Shown here: piece by piece, positions 9,418 to 17,775 of the stretch | Numbering within the stretch: position 1 is the first letter of the stretch | How the letters are laid out: each line of letters opens with the position of its first letter | From: Candidatus Hydrogenedentota bacterium | GTDB taxonomy: Bacteria > Hydrogenedentota > Hydrogenedentia > Hydrogenedentales > SLHB01 | Assembly: GCA_035367355.1 (NCBI GenBank) | Contig: DAOSJS010000002.1 | Location: 1 to 37,802, forward strand | DNA length: 37,802 nt | Direction: 5' to 3' | The notes under the pieces: generated by a model | What the model was told of the DNA's origin: nothing | The model's input: the letters and a program-made list of their open reading frames with translations, nothing else | Database searches by the model: none | Translations under genes and position numbers: made by a program

Positions 9418-9435
9418 AGGAGGAAAGTTCATTCC

Positions 9436-10893
9436 ATGAGATCCATCGAAATCAGTGCCCGGAAACGGGAAGACGCTATCAACAAAGCACTCAGCGAACT
9501 CGGCATCGAACGCCATGAAGCGCATGTCGAGATCCTGGACGAGGGCAGCCCCGGATTCCTCGGCATCGGCGTCCGCGACGTCACCGTGCGCGTATCCACC
9601 GATGTCCCCGGCGAAGGCGGATTCCCCATCGAAGCCGATGGCAACCGGATCGATTTTGAGCATCAGCCCATGCGCAATGACCGCGGACACAACCAGGTCC
9701 GCGGCGCCCGGCGTGGCCCGAAACGCGATCGGAGAAACGGCGACCGCGACCGGGGGCCCCGCCCGCCGCAGCATGGACGTCCCGCCGAGCGGGCGGGCCA
9801 CGACCGGCGCGACAAAAACCCGCGGCGCGAGCAGCGTCCCGAGCGGCCGAAAAACCAGCGTCCCGAGAAGCCTCGCGACAGCCGCCCCAAAAACGACCGG
9901 CCCCGCAACGACCGGCCCCGCCATGCCCGCCCCCGCGAAGATCGCCCGCGTGAAGAGCGCCCACGCCAGGAGCGGCCGCGGCCTGAGGCGGTGAACCGGC
10001 CCCCGGACAAAGTGCTTACCGATGCGCGCAGCTGCGAGGCGGCCGCGCTTCTCAACGAGATCATCCAGGGCATGGGGATCGAATCCAGCGTACAGCCTCT
10101 CGAAGCAACTCAGGGCGGGCTCAAGCTCTCGGTCCAATCTCCCGATTCCGCCCTGTTGATTGGGCGTAAAGGCCGCAACCTGACGGCCTTGCAGTACCTC
10201 ATCAACCGCATTTTCAACCGCCAGGATGAATGGCAGCAGTCCGAACGCATTGTGGTCGACGTGGAAGGCTATCTCGACCGCAGGCGCGATACGCTGGAAG
10301 ATATGGCCCAGCGCCTGGCCGAACGCGCCAAATCGTCCGGACGGCGGGTGCGCGTCAAGCCGCTCAGCCCGCAGGAACGCCGCATCATCCACCTCGCCCT
10401 TCATGACGATCCCGATGTGCGCACTTTCAGCGTGGGCGAATCCAATTTCCGCAGCGTCATTATCGCGCCGGTCTCCGAAGGGGATGCCGGCGACGAGCAC
10501 GATGAAGGCGATGACTACGACGATGCGAATGCATTTGATATGAACGGCGACGACGTGCTGGACGACGAAAACGGCAGCGGCGATGAGCCCAGGGTTCGGC
10601 CTGAAACGGGGCGCTCCAAAGCGCCGGAAAGCGCTGCCCCTTCTGCTGTGGCCGACGATGCGTCTCCCGAAGTCAGCAGCGGCGACACGGTCGACGAGGA
10701 CGAAGACGGCGAGGGCGATGAGCCCGACGGGGATGCGGACAAACGCTTCCAGCCCCGGCGGAGAGTCGGCCGCCGCGGCGCCGTGCGCAAACGCCGGCCT
10801 GCTAAACCCCTGGCTTCCGTTGCCGCAAACGGCGAGAAATCGGGCGCCGGGGAAACCAAAGATGGCACCCCCAGTGACGCGGACAGCGTCTGA
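9436..10893 (+). CDS. jag: Jag/KhpB-type RNA-binding protein (Jag_N + KH + R3H) with long basic insert and acidic C-terminal extension
   Basis: Conserved position after yidC. N-terminal Jag domain: EISARKREDAINKALSELG...VEILDEGSPGFLGIG. KH region: LLIGRKGRNLTALQYLIN. R3H region: SPQERRIIHLALHDDPDVRTFSVGE. 485 aa versus the usual 200-250 aa. Confidence 0.85.
   Translation: MRSIEISARKREDAINKALSELGIERHEAHVEILDEGSPGFLGIGVRDVTVRVSTDVPGEGGFPIEADGNRIDFEHQPMRNDRGHNQVRGARRGPKRDRRNGDRDRGPRPPQHGRPAERAGHDRRDKNPRREQRPERPKNQRPEKPRDSRPKNDRPRNDRPRHARPREDRPREERPRQERPRPEAVNRPPDKVLTDARSCEAAALLNEIIQGMGIESSVQPLEATQGGLKLSVQSPDSALLIGRKGRNLTALQYLINRIFNRQDEWQQSERIVVDVEGYLDRRRDTLEDMAQRLAERAKSSGRRVRVKPLSPQERRIIHLALHDDPDVRTFSVGESNFRSVIIAPVSEGDAGDEHDEGDDYDDANAFDMNGDDVLDDENGSGDEPRVRPETGRSKAPESAAPSAVADDASPEVSSGDTVDEDEDGEGDEPDGDADKRFQPRRRVGRRGAVRKRRPAKPLASVAANGEKSGAGETKDGTPSDADSV
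9892..9981 (+). repeat. 15-nt-period in-frame tandem repeat encoding (x-x-R-P-R) x6 inside jag
   Basis: Peptide NDRPR NDRPR HARPR EDRPR EERPR QERPR. The first two 15-nt units (aacgaccggccccgc) are identical at the DNA level and later units are diverged. Confidence 0.85.
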
Positions 10894-12253
10894 AGGCACC
10901 ATCGCGGCGATTTCCACCCCGCCCGGTGAAGGCGCCATAGGTATTGTGCGACTCAGCGGCCCCGATGCGCTCCGCATCGCGGCCGCTGTTTTCCATTCTT
11001 CCAGAGGGCTCGATATTCGCCATTTGCGCAGGCGCGTCTATCACGGAGAGATACGCAACGGCGCCGAGACCCTCGATGAAGTACTGCTGCACATCATGCG
11101 CGCCCCGCACAGCTATACCCGCGAGGACGTCGTCGAGATCAATGCTCACGGGGGCGCGGAGCCGCTTCAGGCTATCCTTGAACTCGTTCTCGAGCAAGGC
11201 GCGCGCCTGGCCGAGCCCGGCGAGTTCACCAAACGGGCCTTCCTCAATGGCCGGCTCGATCTGGTGCAGGCTGAAGCGGTAATCGACCGGATCCGCGCAA
11301 AAACCCGCGCCGGACTCCGCGCCGCCAATGCCGCCGCCTCGGGCGCCCTCTCTCAGGCCATCGCTGGCATGCGCGAACCGCTCCTGCAAGCCCTCGCGCG
11401 AATCGAGGCCTCGGTGGATTTTCCCGACGAAGATCTGCCCGAACTCGTTACGCCGGAACTTCGAGCCACTCTGGCCGCCATCGCCGCCCGCATGGAGACG
11501 CTCCTGGCTGCCTCGGATGCCGGCCGCCTCTACCGCGAGGGCGCGGCCGTGATCATCGCAGGGCGGCCCAACGTCGGTAAATCCAGTCTATTTAACGCAT
11601 TGTTGCGTGACGCCCGCGCTATTGTCACCGCCCGGCCCGGCACGACTCGCGATCTCCTGGAAGAAGTCATCACGGTGCAAGGCATCCCGATCCGCCTGAG
11701 CGATACCGCCGGTCTGCGCCATTCCGACGACGAAGTCGAGCGGATCGGTGTCGACGTCGCCCGCAGTGCCCTGAATGCCGCTGACGCGGTGCTTTTTGTG
11801 GTGGAAGCCACGGATCCCGCCACTCCGGAGGACGAGGCTTTGGCCGGCGACCTGCTGGCCCTCGAGGTCCCCGTGTTTCTGGTGGTCAACAAAATCGACC
11901 TGAACCCTTCGCCGGCCCTCAGCAGCTGGGCGGATCGTTTTGCCGCAACCTGGCTCGTATCCGCGAAGTCCGGCGATGGGCTTCAGGCGCTCGAGGCCGC
12001 GCTGGCAAAACAACTGCTCGGTGGAGCGGCCATGAATCCGTCCGATGTGCTTCTCAACCGCGTGCATCAGCGCGACAGCCTCCGGCGCGCCCGCCAGGCT
12101 CTCGCCCGCCTGCTCGACAATTTCGGCGCGTCGCCCGAATTCCTCAGCATCGACCTCCGCGAGGCCCTCGCCGCGCTCGGCGAAATCACCGGAGAGACTA
12201 CCGCCGAAGATGTTCTGGATCGCATTTTCGCGTCGTTTTGTATCGGGAAATAG
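10862..12253 (+). CDS. mnmE: tRNA uridine-5-carboxymethylaminomethyl modification GTPase MnmE
   Basis: ORF 10583..12253 trimmed to ATG 10862, with N-terminus ...GTIAAISTPPGEGAIGIVRLSG. G-domain motifs GRPNVGKSSL, DTAGLR, NKID. Conserved C-terminal FCIGK. Overlaps the jag 3' end by 32 nt. Confidence 0.9.
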   Translation: MAPPVTRTASEGTIAAISTPPGEGAIGIVRLSGPDALRIAAAVFHSSRGLDIRHLRRRVYHGEIRNGAETLDEVLLHIMRAPHSYTREDVVEINAHGGAEPLQAILELVLEQGARLAEPGEFTKRAFLNGRLDLVQAEAVIDRIRAKTRAGLRAANAAASGALSQAIAGMREPLLQALARIEASVDFPDEDLPELVTPELRATLAAIAARMETLLAASDAGRLYREGAAVIIAGRPNVGKSSLFNALLRDARAIVTARPGTTRDLLEEVITVQGIPIRLSDTAGLRHSDDEVERIGVDVARSALNAADAVLFVVEATDPATPEDEALAGDLLALEVPVFLVVNKIDLNPSPALSSWADRFAATWLVSAKSGDGLQALEAALAKQLLGGAAMNPSDVLLNRVHQRDSLRRARQALARLLDNFGASPEFLSIDLREALAALGEITGETTAEDVLDRIFASFCIGK

Positions 12254-12310
12254 CGGCAGCCCAGCACGAAACGGGAGTGCGGGCGCGTCAGGGAGATGCG
12301 GCGGGATTTC

Positions 12311-13525
12311 TCAGAGTTCGAGCGTGGCGGCGACCTCAACCCGAAGATATTCGGACGCATACTGGGCCTTTTCCAGGGCACGGCGCGGTGTGCGCGCGGT
12401 GGCCAGCACATAGCCGGCGGCATCGCGTGAAGGGGCGTCCACCTGATGGCTGAGCACCGTCCCAACTTTCGCCGCGATCTCTACCGCGGCCACGCCCGGT
12501 ACCGACCGGGCTTCTGAAATCCCATGCACGGACGCCACCACCCCGCTGCGCGGTTCCAGCCACCACAGCGCCCCACACACCGTAAACCGGGGTTTCGATG
12601 CAAAAGCGCGACCGATACTCGACGCCACATCCAGTTCCAGCAGGTCGATGCCGCAGATGGCCGGAAACAATCCCGTCGCCAGTGCGGGTGTCTCATTGAT
12701 ATGCGCCATTTCGAGCAGATACAGGTCATCGTCTACCGACAGAAATTCAAATACCACGACGCCTTCAAATCTTCCGATGAGTCGTATGACCGCACGAACC
12801 TGCTCCCGCAGTCTCGCGCGCAGCGGACCTGCCACGCGCACCGGGGCGACCAGGGCCCGGTCGTACAGATGGTCGCGCCCCGCGGGCACGTTGCTCAACA
12901 CCGTGAGCGTTCCCCAGCCGCTGTCTCCGCAATGGCACACTACGCGGTACTCTGTTCCCGCCAGGTGCGGTTCCACCAGTACCCGGCCATTGGAGGCCGC
13001 ACGCGAAGCCCGGGCAAACGCCAGGGGTGCATCGTCGATATCCCGCACAATCAGGGCCCCGCTTCCGCCCGCACCATCCACGGGCTTTACCACCGCGGGC
13101 AGTCCCAGCTGTTGCAAGGCGTGCCGCACCCCGGCCAGTGTGTTTGCAACGCCATAGCGGGGATTCAGCTGGGTGTGCGCTCCCAGAACGGCGCGCAACG
13201 CTTCCTTGTTGTGCAGCAAACGTGCCGCTTTGGTCGAGAAGCAGGGGAGGCCCAGCGATTGGGCAGCGGCCGCGACCAGTTCTGCATGTGCTTCGTCCGC
13301 GCTGTAAATACCATCCACACGCGCACCGCGGGCGGCGCCGGCCAGGGCTTCCGGCCCATCGCCCCGATCGCGATACACCACAGGCTCCAGTTCAGCCTGC
13401 CGGGCGGCTGTTACCGCCCGGGCGGTGTGGGCTTCGCTCCCAACTAGAAAGACACGTGCGCTCACTCGTGGTCTCACTTGCCGGGCAGGCGCTGCATGTT
13501 GCTCGCCTGCGTCAGCAGGGCTCAT
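12311..13525 (-). CDS. ATP-grasp domain protein (carboxylate-amine ligase-like), substrate unknown
   Basis: ATP-grasp pattern: LHNKEALRAVL, LPAVVKPVDGAGGSG, VLVEPHLAGTEY, FEFL...LYLLEMAHINE. The start is uncertain: ATG 13525, TTG 13531 or GTG 13465, none with a clear SD. Confidence 0.7.
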   Translation of the reverse strand: MSPADAGEQHAAPARQVRPRVSARVFLVGSEAHTARAVTAARQAELEPVVYRDRGDGPEALAGAARGARVDGIYSADEAHAELVAAAAQSLGLPCFSTKAARLLHNKEALRAVLGAHTQLNPRYGVANTLAGVRHALQQLGLPAVVKPVDGAGGSGALIVRDIDDAPLAFARASRAASNGRVLVEPHLAGTEYRVVCHCGDSGWGTLTVLSNVPAGRDHLYDRALVAPVRVAGPLRARLREQVRAVIRLIGRFEGVVVFEFLSVDDDLYLLEMAHINETPALATGLFPAICGIDLLELDVASSIGRAFASKPRFTVCGALWWLEPRSGVVASVHGISEARSVPGVAAVEIAAKVGTVLSHQVDAPSRDAAGYVLATARTPRRALEKAQYASEYLRVEVAATLEL

Positions 13526-13528
13526 TTT

Positions 13529-13551
13529 CAAAAACGGGCCCTATCCGGCCC
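13529..13551 (-). terminator. weak candidate intrinsic terminator downstream of cls
   Basis: On the minus strand, GGGCC-GGATAG-GGCCC followed by GTTTTT. The stem is only 5 bp and it abuts the ATP-grasp start region. Confidence 0.3.
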
Positions 13552-13701
13552 TTTGCAGACGTTCAAACCGCGAAAAAACATCCCCCGGCTGCATTCAGCG
13601 AAATAACGATACCGTTTCCGTCCCACGAGCTGCAAACGGGTACCGGGCTGGCCATGGCTTTCGATTCAGGCCGGTTGAGCCCGTGCTCCGGGGGATACAG
13701 G

Positions 13702-15138
13702 CTACAGAAGCGGACTGAACAGTTTGGCAACGTTCTGGAAGATACGGCTGGATGCCGGGCGAGCCTCCCACCGGCCCAATTCGAGGCGCGTGGAGTTTTT
13801 CATATAGCCTTCGTGCCGTTTCCGCAACTCCCCGGCCAGCGCTGCCGAATAGAACACCATGTTGAGCTCGAAATTGAGGGCAAACGAGCGGATATCGAAA
13901 TTACTGGTCCCGACGAAAGCCACGGCATCGTCGATGGCCATGGTTTTGGCATGTACGAGGGCCGGCTGATACAGGTACAGGTTGATGCCCCAGGTTAACA
14001 GTTCTTCATAGTAGGCTTGCGTGGCGGCGCCGACGAGACGCTGGTCGGCCACCTGGGGCACGATAAGGTTAATCTCGGCTCCACGGAGCGCCGCGGTTTC
14101 GAGCGCGTTGAGCAGGCTTTCGTCGGGCACGAAATACGGCGTGGTGATGGTCACATGCTTTTGTGCCCCGTGAATTGCCGATACAAGCAGCCGCTGGTAG
14201 TTTTCGGTGGGGTAGTTGGGGCCGCTGGGAATCACCTGAGCCGCGATGTCTCCCTGGATCGGGTTTTCTGGAAAGAAAGCGGGGTCTTCCAGGAGGTCAT
14301 TGTTTTCAAAATACCAGTCCGAGATGAATACCGCCTGCAATTGCGACACCACGGGGCCGGTCAAGCGCACAGACAGGTCATGCCAGATGAAGTCGCGGGT
14401 GCCATAACTGGGTTCGATCAGGTTGTGCGAGCCCGAAAACGCGATCTGGCCGTCGATCACCACGAGTTTGCGGTGGTTTCGCAGATCCCAGCGCGCCATG
14501 CCCCGGCGAAAGAAGCCTACGGGCAGCGCCTCGAACACCTCCACCCCTGCCCGAGCCAGTTCCGGCGCCATGCGCGCGAGCATCCGCCAGGAACCCACGG
14601 CATCGACAAGCAGGCGGCAGGCGACACCGCGCCGTTCGGCGCGAATGAGGGCATCCGCGAAGCGCCGTCCGGCGGCATCGTCTCCGAAAATGTAATACAG
14701 CGCGTGTACGTGATGCGCGGCGCGATCGATGTCGGCGATGATGCGATCGAGAAACGCGTCATTGTCGCAGATGATCTCAGCGTGATTGCCGCCGAGCACG
14801 GGCATGTGGCCCAGCCGCTGCACCAGGCGCACTGTGGAGGCGAAGGCGGGCTCGAGCTGCGGTTGCGTGAGGCCCGGGCTCCCGATGATACGGCTGCGTA
14901 AGGCGTCAATGCGGGCCAGAAACCGCTTGTGCCGGTCGACGCGCTGGCGCGGCAGCCGGTTCGAGCCCAGAAAGGCATACAGCACCAGCCCGAACCAGGG
15001 CGAGAAAAAGACCACCAGCAGCCACACCATGGCCGACTGCGGGCGGTGCCGGCGTGTAATTGCCAACAGCATGCTGACGCGGATGATCCAGTTGCCCACC
15101 TCGTGGACAAGCGCGATTATGTTGAGAAGGGTTCCCAC
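13702..15138 (-). CDS. cls: cardiolipin synthase (PLD superfamily)
   Basis: Two N-terminal TM helices and two HKD motifs (HRKLVVIDGQIAFSGSHN and HAKTMAIDDAVAFVGTSN). GTG start follows a GAGGGGA SD. Confidence 0.92.
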   Translation of the reverse strand: MGTLLNIIALVHEVGNWIIRVSMLLAITRRHRPQSAMVWLLVVFFSPWFGLVLYAFLGSNRLPRQRVDRHKRFLARIDALRSRIIGSPGLTQPQLEPAFASTVRLVQRLGHMPVLGGNHAEIICDNDAFLDRIIADIDRAAHHVHALYYIFGDDAAGRRFADALIRAERRGVACRLLVDAVGSWRMLARMAPELARAGVEVFEALPVGFFRRGMARWDLRNHRKLVVIDGQIAFSGSHNLIEPSYGTRDFIWHDLSVRLTGPVVSQLQAVFISDWYFENNDLLEDPAFFPENPIQGDIAAQVIPSGPNYPTENYQRLLVSAIHGAQKHVTITTPYFVPDESLLNALETAALRGAEINLIVPQVADQRLVGAATQAYYEELLTWGINLYLYQPALVHAKTMAIDDAVAFVGTSNFDIRSFALNFELNMVFYSAALAGELRKRHEGYMKNSTRLELGRWEARPASSRIFQNVAKLFSPLL

Positions 15139-15289
15139 AGCCGAGTCCCCTCACCGCCGGTTTCAGTATGCTCCTCGCCTCATTCTATTGGATAACCGGA
15201 TGCCTAAAGCAAGCCGGGCTGGAAGATCCGCTGCAGATTGCCGGGTTCGCACGGTACGATTGCGATTGCGGCCGGCGGAGAACCTGGAC

Positions 15290-15331
15290 AAAAAAAGGCA
15301 CGCCCGGCGGGCTGGAGCCGCGCCGGGCGTG
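15290..15331 (-). terminator. rho-independent terminator of the Tat-signal oxidoreductase gene
   Basis: Perfect 11-bp GC-rich stem (15299-15309 cacgcccggcg / 15321-15331 cgccgggcgtg) with an 11-nt loop. On the minus strand it is followed by a T7 run (A-run 15290-15296). Starts 22 nt after the stop codon. Confidence 0.78.
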
Positions 15332-15353
15332 GTACGTTTTCATCCTGAAGCGC

Positions 15354-16730
15354 TCAGACTTCGTCGCGGATTTCGAATCCGTCACGATAGTCGCGTTTGA
15401 GGTACAGGGTGGCTTCTTCTTCGGTCAGTCCCGGGATAGCAGTCCAGTCGACGTTGGTGATATCCCCGGTTTGGTCGTTGATCTCGAGGACGCGGTTGAT
15501 GCGCGCGCCCGTGAGCGCGTAGTGCGACAACGCGGACGAGTAATGCCCTTCGATGGGGGGTGCTGTGATCTGGCTGGCGTCGCGGCTGATCACGCAGTCA
15601 ATGAAATTCTGGTAGTGGTTTTTGTCGCCGCCATCCATGCGTTTTTGCGCCGGCTGCAATTCGCTCTCGCCGAACTTCTTGCATTTGTAGGCGAGGTATC
15701 CGGAATAGCTCGGGAAGGTGATAACGCCTTCCGAGCCGTAGAACATCACGCCAAATGAGGTGCCGCCCATTTCATCGTTCGTGTACCACGGGCGCACTTC
15801 GAGCGTCATGATCTTGTCTTTGCCGTCGGCGCCCTTAAAAAGGAACGACGACGAGGAGACGTTGTAGACTTCCTTGGCGTCATCCCACAGGAACATGCCG
15901 CCCATGGACGAGACCCGGTAGGGGATGTCCACGCCCAGGCCCCAGCGCGCGGCATCCAGCTGGTGGACGCCCTGGTTCCCGATGTCGCCGTTGCCGTATT
16001 CCCAGACCCAGTGCCAGTAATACGGAACGAAGATGCCTTCGTCGGGCTTGGCTTCCTTCACCATGAACGGCTTTTCCTTGGCCGGACCCTGCCAGAGGTC
16101 CCACCGGAGTGTGCTGGGCGGCTGGCCGGGGACGGCCTTGCCGATGTCTCCACGCCATTTGTAACACACGCAGCGGGCCATATAGACGTCGCCGATGAAG
16201 CCGTCCTTGAGCAGTTGGATGCCTTCCTGGAACCCCGGATTGCTTCGGAGTTGCGTGCCGTGCTGGACGATACGGTTGTATTTTTTCGCAGCCTCGACCA
16301 CCTTGAGGCCTTCAAAGATGTTGTGGGTCATGGGTTTCTCGACGTACATGTCTTTGCCGGCCTGACAGGCCCAGACGGTGGCCAGCGAATGCCAGTGGTT
16401 GGGCGCCGCGCACGAGACGGCGTCGATATCTTTGTCATCAAGCACTTCCCGGATGTCGGCATAGGTCTTGGGTACCGAGAGGTTTGCCCGTTTGAAATAC
16501 TCTTCCACACGGCTGTCGAACAGCGTGGTATCGACTTCGCACAGGCCGGCCACACGGGCCTGACGGATTGAATTGAACCCCTTGATGTGGCTGTTGCCTC
16601 GGCCATTAATGCCCATGACGCACACGTTGACGCGGTCGTTGGCGCCGAATACGCGTCCTTTGGCCATCGTTCCAGCCACGATCACCGCCGACGCGGTGGT
16701 GCCGAGAAACTTCCTGCGGCTTATACTCAT
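15354..16730 (-). CDS. Tat-exported Gfo/Idh/MocA family oxidoreductase (GFOR / GH109-like)
   Basis: ORF 15354..17003 trimmed to ATG 16730 (GGAGG SD). The N-terminus MSISRRKFLGTTASAVIVAG matches the twin-arginine consensus S-R-R-x-F-L. Rossmann start VCVMGINGRGNSH and EKP motif (YVEKPMTHN) are present. Confidence 0.85.
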   Translation of the reverse strand: MSISRRKFLGTTASAVIVAGTMAKGRVFGANDRVNVCVMGINGRGNSHIKGFNSIRQARVAGLCEVDTTLFDSRVEEYFKRANLSVPKTYADIREVLDDKDIDAVSCAAPNHWHSLATVWACQAGKDMYVEKPMTHNIFEGLKVVEAAKKYNRIVQHGTQLRSNPGFQEGIQLLKDGFIGDVYMARCVCYKWRGDIGKAVPGQPPSTLRWDLWQGPAKEKPFMVKEAKPDEGIFVPYYWHWVWEYGNGDIGNQGVHQLDAARWGLGVDIPYRVSSMGGMFLWDDAKEVYNVSSSSFLFKGADGKDKIMTLEVRPWYTNDEMGGTSFGVMFYGSEGVITFPSYSGYLAYKCKKFGESELQPAQKRMDGGDKNHYQNFIDCVISRDASQITAPPIEGHYSSALSHYALTGARINRVLEINDQTGDITNVDWTAIPGLTEEEATLYLKRDYRDGFEIRDEV

Positions 16731-16831
16731 ATCGTCAACCTCCTCTGCTTCGGGTAGTGGGTCTGATGGAAATGGTGCCAAGAAAACCCGGATTCTCACA
16801 AACAACGTTTTATAATTGCGCATTCTTCTTT

Positions 16832-16870
16832 GAATTTGCAACCGAAAACGGGAAGAATTCGTTGCAATTC
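16832..16870. promoter_or_regulatory. inverted repeat (candidate operator) in a divergent intergenic region
   Basis: TTGCAAC (16836-16842) and GTTGCAA (16861-16867) are perfect 7-bp inverted arms separated by 18 nt. The match extends imperfectly to gaatttgcaac / gttgcaattc. Lies in an AT-rich patch between the Tat oxidoreductase and a lipoprotein gene. The TTGCAA could also be a -35 element for the minus-strand gene. Confidence 0.3.
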
Positions 16871-17041
16871 CCGACGCGAGTGCGCAAGATAGGTTTTTCG
16901 AAAACCCGCAGGATAATGATTTCACGAATGCGTCACATTTCTGGAGACGGAAGTGGGAACTGTGCACCGGGATGTCTGGTGAACGTGGTGTGCCGCTCGA
17001 CACCGCCGCGGCAGGGGGAGGCGAGATTGAGGATAAAGCGC

Positions 17042-17749
17042 ATGTGGTGGGCCGCGATTGCAGCGGCGTTAATCCTTGCTTCGGGTTGTGACGGTCCCCG
17101 GCGGGGCAGGCTGGTCACGCCACCGGAAGCCATGTCCCCGAGTGCGGCCTCAGAGATGCCGGCTGACGCCGCGAGCGCGATGCCGGGTGCAGGCGCCGTC
17201 TTTGCGCTGGCCGTGCCGGGCCGTGGCGTGCTCACCCTGGCGGTTCCCGCAGAAACGGCGGCAGCCCAGGCGGAATCGAGCGTGCCCGGAGGCGCGGCGG
17301 TCCGTCTGGAAGGCACAGGCCCGGAACCCTATGTCACCATTCTGACCGTGATGGGGGTGCCGGGCATGATGCCGGGATTCGGAGCCGACGCGTGGTTTGC
17401 CGAAGAGCTTGAGCGCTGGAAAGACGGCCTTTCCGAGACAGAGCGGGCAGCGAGCTCCGTTCCGGTAGAGTTTCAGCTCGACCGCGTTCACGGGGTGTAC
17501 CTCAACCTGGAAGATCCCGCGCCCCAGCCCGGCCACTACCCGTACTTAACGCAGGGATTTTTCGATGTGGACGGCTGCGTCGTGGCGCTTCAGACGCTGC
17601 ACCATTCCTCCCGTGCTTCGGCTGTAAACCGGTATCTGGCTGTGCTCAAAGATGCGGTTTGGGAGCCAGAAAGCGTTCCGCTCCCGGATGCCGGCCCTCC
17701 TCCGGCGCCGGAAAAAGAAACGCCGCCGGACACGCCGGCGGCTCAGTAA
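17042..17749 (+). CDS. hypothetical lipoprotein
   Basis: ORF 16757..17749 trimmed to ATG 17042. The N-terminus MWWAAIAAALILASGC is a lipoprotein signal with lipobox. Ala/Pro-rich linker and Pro-rich C-terminus. No recognisable domain. Confidence 0.6.
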   Translation: MWWAAIAAALILASGCDGPRRGRLVTPPEAMSPSAASEMPADAASAMPGAGAVFALAVPGRGVLTLAVPAETAAAQAESSVPGGAAVRLEGTGPEPYVTILTVMGVPGMMPGFGADAWFAEELERWKDGLSETERAASSVPVEFQLDRVHGVYLNLEDPAPQPGHYPYLTQGFFDVDGCVVALQTLHHSSRASAVNRYLAVLKDAVWEPESVPLPDAGPPPAPEKETPPDTPAAQ

Positions 17750-17775
17750 TTCGCCGTTGAACGCCCCGAAGGGTC

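Noticed and set aside
8839-10977. 712-aa minus-strand ORF spanning the yidC 3' end, jag and the mnmE 5' end
   Set aside because: It is antisense to three genes with unmistakable conserved motifs. Its composition is dominated by Ala/Gly/Arg/Pro/His/Phe runs typical of shadow frames in GC-rich DNA. It has no SD and no recognisable domain.
12524-13998. 307-aa and 323-aa plus-strand ORFs opposite the ATP-grasp gene and the cls 3' end
   Set aside because: Same shadow-ORF signature: Arg/Pro/His/Gln-rich, with no SD. The opposite strand carries ATP-grasp and HKD motifs.
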